Positions 27,001 to 35,462 of a DNA stretch of 64,000 nucleotides are shown piece after piece; positions within the stretch are counted from its first letter, which is position 1; each line of letters starts with the position of its first letter. This stretch comes from a virus. Lineage: Duplodnaviria > Caudoviricetes. The stretch lies in IMG/VR virus record IMGVR_UViG_3300029288_000118, positions 1 to 64,000 of that record. The stretch is one strand, 5' to 3'. The notes under the pieces are model-generated. The model saw only the letters and a program-made list of their open reading frames with translations. It searched no databases and was not told where the DNA came from. The translations under genes were made by a program, and so were the position numbers.

Positions 27001-28627
27001 TTTTTATAAGCATGAAGATTATAAAAGCGATGTAAGCCGATTACTTGGCAAAGAGTTTTTAAACCTTATTGGTCGCAATAGTGATTCAGCAAAAAAGCAC
27101 TGGAGCGATGCGGTGTTAATGAATTCTTTTAACGAAGAGACGGCGAAAGAACAGTATAAAAAGTATGCTGAAGGAAGAAAAAATGTTGTTGAGATGAATA
27201 AAAAACGGATGGATGAATATACAGCGGAACAGTGGGAGCGTTATTTTAAGACGGATCCGATGACAACGATGTCATTTACGAGGAAGCAACTTACAAGTGA
27301 AAAACAAAACAATCCTGAGAAGTACCAACAAGCTATCGAAGATTATAAGGCAAGAGAATATAAATCGAATGAACGGCGAAACGAACCAATTACTTATGAA
27401 GAGTGGTTGGATAAGAGACCACAATATAAACCGAGAGAAGCTGACTGGAGCTGGGCGGAGGCTAAAGATAAAAAAGTTATTGAAAGACGTAAAGCGGAAT
27501 TAAAGATACATGATAATCCGCCTTTGGCGTTTATCAAGCGCACAAATGGAAGACAAGTGCTTAATTCAGATATCACGGTAGAAGCGATAAAAGATAAATA
27601 TGGATTTAAGAGCGTTCAATTTGGCCACTATGTTAAAGATGTTGAAGCTCAGGAGCATGTGAGACACTTTATTGAGAGCATGAATGATCTGGAAGATGCA
27701 CTGGGAATTGATATAAAAAAAATGAATCAACTTTCAGGACTGAGTATAGCGTTTGGTGCACGGGGTTCCGCAGGAGCACTTGCTCATTATGAACCGATGG
27801 CCAAGATAATAAATATCACTAAGACCAGAGGTGATGGAACGATATGCCATGAACTATTCCACAACATTGATCATCTATTAGGCGGGATGGAAGAAGGCAC
27901 AAGAAAAGAGAAAATTTATCTCTCTCAACAAGGAATTGGGGGTTACGAACGAACAAAAGAGAACGACATACTAAACAAGCGCAAACTCCGAGTAGCAATG
28001 AACGATGTAATGAATGCTATTAAAAAGGGAACAAACGAAAAGAAACTTAATTTTGAACCAGGCGGGAATAAATATACATACGGGAGTATAAGAAATAAGT
28101 TTGAAACCGAAGGATATGAGGCAACGAGAGAATACCTAATGAAATATGCGAAGGATCCAGATGAGCTTGGAAGAGCTGAAGACTATTTTAAATATCTTTC
28201 GACATTGGCAAATAAACCAATTGAAGTAATAATACCTACCGGACGAACAAAATATTATGATTCAGCAATGCAGTTTAACAGTAAATACTGGCAAAGGGAT
28301 CAAGAACTATTCGCGAGAGCAGCGGAGGCGTACGTGCAAGATAAATTAATAGGGAGCAGGATGTATAATAACTACCTGGTAGCTGGTAACAATATTCAAC
28401 AACCGGACAAAAAATGGGAATCTGGATCACTGGAAATCACTTATCCGCAGGGAGAGGAAAGAGTGATTATCAATGAAGCGTTTGACAAGCTCCTGGAAAC
28501 AGCGAAAAGCGAACTGAATATTGGATTAGAAAAGAAAAGGGAAGGTAAAAGAGTATCGAGCGAAGTACAGATGCAAAAGAGTTTATATAATCCAAACATT
28601 TTTAAATCACTCTTCAGGAGAATATAA
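24071..28627 (+). CDS. Large polyvalent protein: LPD5-like, zincin metallopeptidase and LPD1-like domains
   Basis: FKDVGTRVGGSRKE; YGFKSVQFG...LSIAFGARG...AHYEP...HELFH; YW...ELFARAAEAYV...YPQGEER. Confidence 0.8.
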   Translation: MSNIPFNYLKVSQTQYEMPEPNNIWRFLKSQLGLFAGSPQKQAPMPAKPKNIPFASQKPKESPNIGDVKVEGDHKYIFLETTIGKPRWHTHEELLQMVKEGKQVPEIAKKKMPMLQTREESKKPVSITGEEIKVGDYIYYGRDPREQGFSEKQIKPHELKKVTGFKDIGGGIHPTWKPDKKVNKYDKGYNFSAKEYSIIKDAEKFINPDKSKKEDETKQAMELGKKAFQAGGIRTPSLDKELMKMLEGAQVGEKTHVLEAWNKGWDQENLKKPEEEPKQTEIPSEKLSKPKLSAEEQYVQDQIKKGDLETAIKRQQGMRKTEYTEDQQAKINDLNKLMQRRAQLQREIDAPLTAVKDVEKGGQKFEVDTKKYAKREMKYLDKRIGALKQELGKLGENLFETQEDIFSQATPEPKDQLSENINKQVEEQKKKEAPSLKTLMATQSEVLKLAAIPEEDIPMYALNSMADGAKLRSYSTEVIKGEITIQQAADKVKNDYTKMKEGEKPTNVAPLPSTEKKEIWQMTKNEYANSKENLDEYTDAIKNPPLAGEGTMERSAGILGASKEEAIKSGERMHKMEVKNALKEGKEVPSEVLKDYPELEKEYKDTLPLRPEDKDSKEGDIKTINGIQYQLKRGESGELRWHRVTGKEEKEAWQTGRDEYAISKNSPKPEIEIGDISFHQLSKMSERAKAETTKKRVAERKIAKEKYDNATKEWEDKIWDAYRQGKFSANDVYDTDAFYVLNERLTKEGIDIDSPFKISQKNEDERSKYLSGIDNTAKGKFTEKQSEPVVIPRQEAIEEHEHLMEVLENGTEEERKAEAEKQAKELKEYKGESLKEKVEERLSEKQAGKKFKDVGTRVGGSRKEIAAIRVLTAGDLDKLDNATAYRVVTKERILPDINPQAEKDNGVESGAAYMKKKLRESVNAKPPNTPEDRKKFVELTPKIFEKIDAAKTIEDIRTIGNEDFETFMDWGSRKRVTFYKHEDYKSDVSRLLGKEFLNLIGRNSDSAKKHWSDAVLMNSFNEETAKEQYKKYAEGRKNVVEMNKKRMDEYTAEQWERYFKTDPMTTMSFTRKQLTSEKQNNPEKYQQAIEDYKAREYKSNERRNEPITYEEWLDKRPQYKPREADWSWAEAKDKKVIERRKAELKIHDNPPLAFIKRTNGRQVLNSDITVEAIKDKYGFKSVQFGHYVKDVEAQEHVRHFIESMNDLEDALGIDIKKMNQLSGLSIAFGARGSAGALAHYEPMAKIINITKTRGDGTICHELFHNIDHLLGGMEEGTRKEKIYLSQQGIGGYERTKENDILNKRKLRVAMNDVMNAIKKGTNEKKLNFEPGGNKYTYGSIRNKFETEGYEATREYLMKYAKDPDELGRAEDYFKYLSTLANKPIEVIIPTGRTKYYDSAMQFNSKYWQRDQELFARAAEAYVQDKLIGSRMYNNYLVAGNNIQQPDKKWESGSLEITYPQGEERVIINEAFDKLLETAKSELNIGLEKKREGKRVSSEVQMQKSLYNPNIFKSLFRRI

Positions 28628-28628
28628 A

Positions 28629-29285
28629 ATGGATATCAAAGATTTTAAACCATTGCCGGGCGACATGATAGCTGGATGTGGAAAAGGTTTTACCGCATGG
28701 TTACAAAAAATAAACGGCAGGGCTAACGACGGAAGATATTGGACTCACGGCGCGGAGGTCACTTATCCTACAGGATCATCAGGTCAAATAGACATAGTAG
28801 CCTCAGCGGAGTTAAATGGGAATGTTCACATGCGATGGAATGAAGTTATAGAGGATCCAAGTTATGATATTATCGTTGTTCGTATAAAGGGAGTTACTAA
28901 AGCAGAGACCGAAAACGCACTTGACTATGGAGATGCTACATTTTTAAACGATAGTTATGGATGGAAGTCATGGCCGTGGTTTGGATGGAAAGCCCTTTGG
29001 GATAGAGTTATAAACCCGATATGGATAAAGGTATTCGGCAGTAAACTACATGATGTAGATTTAGAAGATAACTGGTGGACCGCCGGGACATTCTGCACAG
29101 AAAGGATATGGTGGCATCTTAAAAAAGTGATTCATGTTAATCCAAAGCGTTGGAATCGATTACAAGAAGCAATACAAAAGTACTTCCCAAATACATTCCA
29201 GCCAATTCAGTGGAGAAATTTAATGATGTCAGAAGACTTTGAAATAGTAATGCAACGATTAGACGGTATTGTAACCATTTTTTAA
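28629..29285 (+). CDS. Permuted papain-like amidase (YaeF/YiiX-like)
   Basis: PGDMI...WTHG...Y...FCTE, His before Cys. Confidence 0.6.
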   Translation: MDIKDFKPLPGDMIAGCGKGFTAWLQKINGRANDGRYWTHGAEVTYPTGSSGQIDIVASAELNGNVHMRWNEVIEDPSYDIIVVRIKGVTKAETENALDYGDATFLNDSYGWKSWPWFGWKALWDRVINPIWIKVFGSKLHDVDLEDNWWTAGTFCTERIWWHLKKVIHVNPKRWNRLQEAIQKYFPNTFQPIQWRNLMMSEDFEIVMQRLDGIVTIF

Positions 29286-29300
29286 AGAAAGGATACTACA

Positions 29301-29885
29301 ATGATAATCTACTGGTATATAGAATTTGTATTTCTTTTAATAAGCCTGTTAGACTTGAGGCTTATGTCATTTTATGAATTGAAATACTGGGCAATGCTCA
29401 TGATATTCGGAGAGAAGCATCCAGAGTTATTGGCTCAGGCGAAAAAGTTGAAAGATGAAGCATCGGACGCTGTATCGATAGCGCAATTTGCTTTTTGGTA
29501 TTCCATGATCGGATTGTCGCTTGCATTTATAGCCGATGATGGGATTCAATTTGTTTTGAATCTTATTGCAATCATATTTTTCCACTGGGCGGGTAAAGAA
29601 GATTTGCAATATTTTATTCTCGACGTGATATTGAAATGGTTGCCGGAAAGCTGGTGGAGTACTCGAGAACAAATTAAAATTACCCAGACACGAAAATTAC
29701 CGAAGTATATAGCCTGGATGATAGTAGCAAAAAAGATTGGTCCAGTGAAAATACCGATGCTCTGGGTGAGAATGTTTGCCGGCGACGGCGGTCAAGATGG
29801 GCAGGATGTAAAATTTTGGAGATTTGCAACGGGAGTGATCATAGCTCAAGCATTAGTCATTATAGTCAACGAAATCATGTTCTAA
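29301..29885 (+). CDS. Multi-pass membrane protein
   Basis: Several hydrophobic segments; AAGGA RBS. Confidence 0.65.
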   Translation: MIIYWYIEFVFLLISLLDLRLMSFYELKYWAMLMIFGEKHPELLAQAKKLKDEASDAVSIAQFAFWYSMIGLSLAFIADDGIQFVLNLIAIIFFHWAGKEDLQYFILDVILKWLPESWWSTREQIKITQTRKLPKYIAWMIVAKKIGPVKIPMLWVRMFAGDGGQDGQDVKFWRFATGVIIAQALVIIVNEIMF

Positions 29886-29907
29886 CAATAAACAAACGTG
29901 GAATACT

Positions 29908-30237
29908 ATGCCAACAGTCAATCCTGATACAATAGAATCTATAGAAATTACTGAGGATATAGTAAAAGAATATATTCCGGATCCCCTGAAACAGTTCTGG
30001 TTTTTTAGGGCATTACAAAAAAGCCTACATTTTGATGAAAACGGCAGAGTGCATGGGTTTAATCAGCATATAATACATTATAGGCGTAAATACGTCATTG
30101 ATATGTATAATTCCGGGAAAAATTATGAGGAAATAGCGAAGTCTTTAAAGGTCTCTGTTTCCCTCATAAGGCATGATATTGACTGGTACACCGAGAATAA
30201 GCGGAACAAAAAAATTCCGCTATCTACCACAAGGTGA
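29908..30237 (+). CDS. HTH DNA-binding protein, candidate late regulator
   Basis: VIDMYNSGKNYEEIAKSLKVSVSLIRHDI. Confidence 0.65.
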   Translation: MPTVNPDTIESIEITEDIVKEYIPDPLKQFWFFRALQKSLHFDENGRVHGFNQHIIHYRRKYVIDMYNSGKNYEEIAKSLKVSVSLIRHDIDWYTENKRNKKIPLSTTR

Positions 30238-30264
30238 AAACCATAATTTGTAGTTTTGTATAGA
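30215..30264 (+). promoter_or_regulatory. Putative late promoter, copy 1 (head operon)
   Basis: TTCCGCTATCTACCACAAGGTGAAA-N15-TTTGTATAGA, same boxes and spacing as 42742-42791. Confidence 0.7.
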
Positions 30265-30293
30265 CTTAAATGTAAACAATTAGCTTTTACTCT

Positions 30294-31802
30294 ATGGACG
30301 AACAAAATAAATACTTCAGAATTTTTGGCTTTTTAGACAAACTTGAAAAATCCATTCCCGCTTCATCCTCAATCGATAAAGAAGGAGTTATAATCGAAGG
30401 TAGATTCATGAACGCCGTCCACGACATCTCTGGAGAGAGGCCGATTATACCGGAGATGATCTGGGATATTCTGAAGAAATCAGGGAATATCAAATACGAA
30501 CATGATCCGTTATCAGTCAAGAAAATGTCGGACGGGACATTGATGGCAGTAGCTCAGGCAAATCCAGGAAATATTATCGGAGTTCCACTTAATATAAAAA
30601 CAAGTGCTGATGGCAAACAAGCATTTTTTAAAGCAACTCTATTCCCGGAAAACGATCTCGTAAAATCATTGATAAAAAAAGCGAAAGAATTTGACGAACA
30701 TAATAAACGCTATCCGAACAATCAAAGACATTTTCAATTATCGGTTGAGGGCAAATATTACAAGAGAGACAAACTGACAAAAACTTACGCAGGTATTGCT
30801 GAGAATATAGTTATATCCCCGCAAGCTCAGGATGAAAGCACATATTTTCATTTTGTAAACGCGGAAAATCTTGCAATGGCAAAATCTCTTGCAGCGGGCA
30901 CGGAAACAAATATAACAAACATGAAAAATGGTGATTCATTACGTCAAGAAAGTTTAGAAGGCAATAATAAATCAAATTCAAGGAGAAAAAAAATGAACAA
31001 GCTTGGAAAAAATCGTGACGAAGTATTCTCGCACTTCCGAAAATCATGCGGGACACAAAAAGAAGCACAGGAAAAAACCGACGAATATATGAGAGAGCTG
31101 GAAACGGAACGAAATAATTCCGGCACTTCATTTGCGAAGAGTCTGAATGATGGAATTGATAAAATTAAAAAATCCATCACTGATTTTGCCGGGATTGAAA
31201 CCATAATTGCGGCCAAACAGGCGGATGTTGTAAAGATAGACACGGAGATGAAGAAATCTATCAACACACTCAGAGAGGATCCGGAGAAATTCAGCGGTGA
31301 ACAATTTATGCAACAACAGACCGCTGCAACAGTTGCGTTCGGCACAAGCCTAAACGAAGTTCAATCTCAGTTAGTAAAATCGTTGGCGACACTGGCTGAA
31401 GGTCTTGCAGATGTTCTTCCATTGCTGAAAGATATTCATTCAATGACATCCGATGCCGTTGAACAAGCGGCAGACGCGAATGAGGCAGTAAGGTATATTG
31501 CGCGTGGGCTGAAAAAATCACATCAAGGCTTTACCCGTTCAATCGATGCACTTGAACCGATGAACGGCGGAGACAAGCCCAATGCAGAAAAGATTTTGAA
31601 ATCGATCAACACAAAAGCCGTTGAGCGTTACCTGGTAGATAAATTTGTTGCCAACCAGGCATCACCAGCGATTGCCCAGCAGTACGATGAGGCATATAAC
31701 CAGCTCAACCGTATGGGTCGTGATGCGTTCGGAGCGATGAACAAATCCATTGTCTCGGAAATTGTACAGGTATTTGAAGCGCAATTTACCGATGTTCAGT
31801 AG
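30294..31802 (+). CDS. Prohead protease fused to scaffold
   Basis: DISGE...IKYEH...IIG...QLSVEG; helical C-terminal half; directly upstream of capsid gene. Confidence 0.8.
   Translation: MDEQNKYFRIFGFLDKLEKSIPASSSIDKEGVIIEGRFMNAVHDISGERPIIPEMIWDILKKSGNIKYEHDPLSVKKMSDGTLMAVAQANPGNIIGVPLNIKTSADGKQAFFKATLFPENDLVKSLIKKAKEFDEHNKRYPNNQRHFQLSVEGKYYKRDKLTKTYAGIAENIVISPQAQDESTYFHFVNAENLAMAKSLAAGTETNITNMKNGDSLRQESLEGNNKSNSRRKKMNKLGKNRDEVFSHFRKSCGTQKEAQEKTDEYMRELETERNNSGTSFAKSLNDGIDKIKKSITDFAGIETIIAAKQADVVKIDTEMKKSINTLREDPEKFSGEQFMQQQTAATVAFGTSLNEVQSQLVKSLATLAEGLADVLPLLKDIHSMTSDAVEQAADANEAVRYIARGLKKSHQGFTRSIDALEPMNGGDKPNAEKILKSINTKAVERYLVDKFVANQASPAIAQQYDEAYNQLNRMGRDAFGAMNKSIVSEIVQVFEAQFTDVQ
30993..31802 (+). 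CDS. Nested in-frame scaffold protein
   Basis: AGGAG at 30981-30985 followed by in-frame ATG at 30993. Confidence 0.55.
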   Translation: MNKLGKNRDEVFSHFRKSCGTQKEAQEKTDEYMRELETERNNSGTSFAKSLNDGIDKIKKSITDFAGIETIIAAKQADVVKIDTEMKKSINTLREDPEKFSGEQFMQQQTAATVAFGTSLNEVQSQLVKSLATLAEGLADVLPLLKDIHSMTSDAVEQAADANEAVRYIARGLKKSHQGFTRSIDALEPMNGGDKPNAEKILKSINTKAVERYLVDKFVANQASPAIAQQYDEAYNQLNRMGRDAFGAMNKSIVSEIVQVFEAQFTDVQ

Positions 31803-31866
31803 TCAGAATATTTAGTGAAAGAAAGGTTTTTAGAAAAATAATTCTCATTTACAATAGGAGTCTAAA

Positions 31867-33354
31867 ATGAATAATGAGTTCAGTTATCCCGATGCGTTGG
31901 ATCTGGGCGTATCTTCAGGCGGAGGATTCTCTGGAATTCCTGCCGATAATTACGGTTCCCTTTTCCGAAGCAAAAGTCCTATGAGAGCGATACAAGAAGC
32001 TCTCGAAAAATCGCTTACCGCAGGTTATGAAACGAATCTACCGTCAATGTCCGGCGGTGGTGCGATGCGTATTGAATCGCTTGAGCCGAATCTCACGAAA
32101 CTGATTTATGACGACAAATCGACAGCACTCTTTAACGATCTGCTTGCTACAAAGCAGAAAGCGAAATCCACGATTGAACAATATACGACATGGGATTATG
32201 TAGGTGAAGCTGCTACATTTGAAGAAGGCGGAGCACCGTCTTATGAAGATGATGGCTATACCAGACATGTTATGCCCGTGAAGTATGTCGGTGCAATCGG
32301 GAGAGTTACAAATCCGATGCGGGAAGTGGAAGCGATTGTTGAGCCAGAGGCTCAGGAAACAAAAGCGAAGATGCTGGCAATCAAACGTAAAGCAAATCAG
32401 GTATGTTACTTCGGTGATGCGACAGCGGTACCGACAGAATTTACCGGATTATTTCCCGCAGTGAGAGACGGCGCGTATGCGACAACGAACATCATTGATC
32501 TGCAAGGTAAACGATTAACCCTTGAAAACGTAAACGCAGGTATTGCAGCACTTGAGGATCAGAAAGGATATTGCACGAGTCCACGAATGTATATTTCTCC
32601 GCAGGCGCGGATGAATTACAAGAATGAACTCTTGAAAAACAAGTACTACATCGTAAACGGCGTTCAATCGACGAGAGAAGATATTGAAAATGCATTACAA
32701 GGGCTGGGTAAAAACCAGATCGCTTATGACGGCGGTGAAATTCCATATCGGAAAGACATCTTCTTGAATCCCCGTAAATATCCACGTAGAAATACAGCGG
32801 GTAATGCCTTTATTGCAACCGGATCCACTCCGCCAGCAACACCGACGATCACGAGCGCAACGCCAACAGTAGATGCGACATCCTCGATTCCGGCCGGAGA
32901 TTACAATTATGCAGTTGTAGCAGTTAACAAATACGGTCAAAAATCAGCACCAGCAGAATCCGGGAAAGTAGTAGTAGCAGACGGTGAGAGCGTTGTGTTC
33001 GTGTTGGCAGATGGTGGAAGCACATCTGGTCTTGAAGCAACCGCATGGGAAATTTACCGTCGAGCTGATGGTGGTGGAGCAACGGATTATCGGTATTTAT
33101 TTACCGTAGCAGTTGCCAGCACACCGATAACGGATAAAAATGCATACATGCCGGATACTTCGATCATTCCGTTAGTTGATTTTGATCTGGACGAAGTGTT
33201 GATTTACAAACAATTGCTTGATGCTGCCAAATTCCCGCTTGCGACAACAGTGGATGCGATTCAATGGCTTCAGAGGTTGTATGGAGTGCTGATCATAAAG
33301 AATACACGGCGTATCGTGATATTCATTAACGCAGGTTCAACCGCAGCCTCTTAA
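31867..33354 (+). CDS. Major capsid protein (SPO1/A511-like)
   Basis: KSLTAGY...AMRIESLE...FGD...EFTGL...IIDLQG...LYGVLII. Confidence 0.9.
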   Translation: MNNEFSYPDALDLGVSSGGGFSGIPADNYGSLFRSKSPMRAIQEALEKSLTAGYETNLPSMSGGGAMRIESLEPNLTKLIYDDKSTALFNDLLATKQKAKSTIEQYTTWDYVGEAATFEEGGAPSYEDDGYTRHVMPVKYVGAIGRVTNPMREVEAIVEPEAQETKAKMLAIKRKANQVCYFGDATAVPTEFTGLFPAVRDGAYATTNIIDLQGKRLTLENVNAGIAALEDQKGYCTSPRMYISPQARMNYKNELLKNKYYIVNGVQSTREDIENALQGLGKNQIAYDGGEIPYRKDIFLNPRKYPRRNTAGNAFIATGSTPPATPTITSATPTVDATSSIPAGDYNYAVVAVNKYGQKSAPAESGKVVVADGESVVFVLADGGSTSGLEATAWEIYRRADGGGATDYRYLFTVAVASTPITDKNAYMPDTSIIPLVDFDLDEVLIYKQLLDAAKFPLATTVDAIQWLQRLYGVLIIKNTRRIVIFINAGSTAAS

Positions 33355-33371
33355 CAAATGAAATTTAAGTG

Positions 33372-33404
33372 AGTCCCTTGCCAGTTAGGGAGGGACTTAA
33401 TTTT
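33372..33404 (+). terminator. Stem-loop after capsid gene, probable terminator
   Basis: AGTCCCT (33372-78) and AGGGACT (33391-97) followed by TAATTTT. Confidence 0.55.
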
Positions 33405-33429
33405 AAAACATTTTCCTGGAGCAAAAGCA

Positions 33430-33978
33430 ATGAAAACACTTCTTTTTATAATTCCAATACTTCTCTTATTGATTGGTCCGGTGGCAAATTGCCAGACAAC
33501 GATAACGGGAAGCACAATGCTGGATCAAAGCCTGTCAGTTAATTCCTACATGGCTAAAGATACCACAATTACCGGAACAAAATACTCGGATATTCTGGTG
33601 CTTAATTCAAAGAGTATAACTCAAGAAGATCGGTATGTGAATTATTCCGCAGGCGCACATATTCTCGTACTCGCGAGACAAACTAATGACAGTGTGAACT
33701 CAATAGTTTACTTGCAGGTAGGTCAAAATTTATCTGGTACCGAAGGAACCGACTATGGTACTATTTACATAGATACCCTATTGAGCACGAGAAAACTAAT
33801 AAATATTGATCTTACGCCTTATCTCGATTACAAACAAGTGAGATTAAAAGTTGTTGCAATCACCGGAGTAGGCGTATCTGCACATGCATCGTTCTTGCCC
33901 AAATGGAGCGCAATCTTAGGCGGAAAAGGTTATCTGGGAAAGATAACCGCGCCTGGAAAAGCACCTACTTTACAGTAG
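33430..33978 (+). CDS. Beta-rich protein with Sec signal peptide, next to capsid gene
   Basis: MKTLLFIIPILLLLIGPVANC|Q; GGAG RBS. Confidence 0.7.
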   Translation: MKTLLFIIPILLLLIGPVANCQTTITGSTMLDQSLSVNSYMAKDTTITGTKYSDILVLNSKSITQEDRYVNYSAGAHILVLARQTNDSVNSIVYLQVGQNLSGTEGTDYGTIYIDTLLSTRKLINIDLTPYLDYKQVRLKVVAITGVGVSAHASFLPKWSAILGGKGYLGKITAPGKAPTLQ

Positions 33979-34007
33979 CTATAATATCAATGTATGGTAA
34001 AAAAGAG

Positions 34008-34039
34008 GGCGAGAACTGAAAAAGCTCTCGCCTTTTTTT
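34008..34039 (+). terminator. Rho-independent terminator
   Basis: GGCGAGA / TCTCGCC stem followed by T7; A-tract upstream. Confidence 0.75.
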
Positions 34040-34081
34040 ATAAACACTTATCACATAACATAAAAATAAAGGATTACGATC

Positions 34082-34648
34082 ATGGAAAATCAGAAAGTGA
34101 AATTTTATCATCCGTCCGGCAAAGGCGGAAAATTTATGACCTCAAAAGGAGAGATAGTCCTGGAGTCTAACGGGACGGCAATGGTTTCGCAAGAGATGTA
34201 TGATCATCTTATGCGGATACCCAAGAATAAAGAATATCAAGATAAATTGAAGGAACTTGCGAACGAAGACAAAAAAGGCAAACAGACTACGGAATCAAAA
34301 AAACAAGATTCACCAACTCAGCCGCCAGCATTGGATCCAACTGTAGTACCCACGCTTGAAGAATATGTAAAAGCCGGATACAAGGCAGATACGTATGAAA
34401 AGAGATTCTTTGGACTCAAAGCAGGAGATACTTACGATGGCGAAAAGGTCAAAGAGAATCTTGAACAGGCAGAGAAGGAAAATAAAACCAATTCTCCGGA
34501 TCTGAAAGAAGAAGATTTGAAAATTCTTGGAATTAAAGAATTAAAAGCTATGGCCGGAAAACGTGAGATAAAATTTGACAAAGACGCGACTAAAGATGAG
34601 CTTATTAAATTTATTCTTGATTCTCAGGCTAAAAATTCTCAGCAATAG
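34082..34648 (+). CDS. Protein with C-terminal Rho-N/HeH-like motif
   Basis: LGIKELKAMAGKREI...ATKDELIKFIL. Confidence 0.65.
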   Translation: MENQKVKFYHPSGKGGKFMTSKGEIVLESNGTAMVSQEMYDHLMRIPKNKEYQDKLKELANEDKKGKQTTESKKQDSPTQPPALDPTVVPTLEEYVKAGYKADTYEKRFFGLKAGDTYDGEKVKENLEQAEKENKTNSPDLKEEDLKILGIKELKAMAGKREIKFDKDATKDELIKFILDSQAKNSQQ

Positions 34649-34695
34649 TCTATACATTAAGCAACTTCAGCGGATTACAGGAAGGAACTTGAGTT

Positions 34696-35109
34696 ATGGG
34701 AGAGAGGAAAAAGTGCAGTGCTAATGTAAGTGCTCGTGATTGCTTTTATAAAAAAGACATGGGAACTATAAAAAAACGGTTTACGCAAATTGATGAAAAA
34801 TTGCATGAAATAGCGTTTGTAAAGCTCAATGGTGCCGGGCAAGAGACACATATACAGACGGTGATGAAAGATATATGGATTGCCACTCGATCACAGAGAG
34901 CAACAAAAGGTTTATCTGAACGATATGCAATCTGGAAACGTGATACGGCAATCGGCAGGTTTATCGGTACTCGAGGCGGAAGAATATTGTCCTGGTTTGT
35001 CTGGGCGTGGGTAATTATTGGTTCAACCAATACTCTGGGATTGACCGATATAAAATTGAATCAAATGTTAGAAGCATTTATAAGGTACGTTTTTAGATCA
35101 GGAGGTTAA
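34696..35109 (+). CDS. Membrane protein (holin/antiholin candidate)
   Basis: Soluble N-terminus, C-terminal TM segment. Confidence 0.5.
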   Translation: MGERKKCSANVSARDCFYKKDMGTIKKRFTQIDEKLHEIAFVKLNGAGQETHIQTVMKDIWIATRSQRATKGLSERYAIWKRDTAIGRFIGTRGGRILSWFVWAWVIIGSTNTLGLTDIKLNQMLEAFIRYVFRSGG

Positions 35110-35111
35110 CA

Positions 35112-35462
35112 ATGGAAGAACTTCTTTATAATCCATATATAAGAATTGCAGCGGCAATCGTAGCATCGTCGTTGGCATTATCGATCATTAATTTATTTCC
35201 CAAAATTCGAGATGGTGAGAGATGGTATCACAATAATAAGTTCCTCATTCTTATTATTGCGACGATATTTACCCTTCTTTTGACCGATCTTGAAACATTT
35301 TTATCCGACTGGCAACTTGCATCCTTCAAGGTCTTATTCATCATAATGATTTCATTTCTTGTTGCTGTAACAAAAGGGCAAAAAATTGTGGATTCCCTTG
35401 TGAATAAGATAGCCAACAAAATAAAAGACAAGGCAGATAGCGGTATTGATAAAAGCATGTAA
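35112..35462 (+). CDS. Holin-like protein (three TM segments)
   Basis: Three TM segments, charged C-terminus; GGAGG RBS. Confidence 0.55.
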   Translation: MEELLYNPYIRIAAAIVASSLALSIINLFPKIRDGERWYHNNKFLILIIATIFTLLLTDLETFLSDWQLASFKVLFIIMISFLVAVTKGQKIVDSLVNKIANKIKDKADSGIDKSM

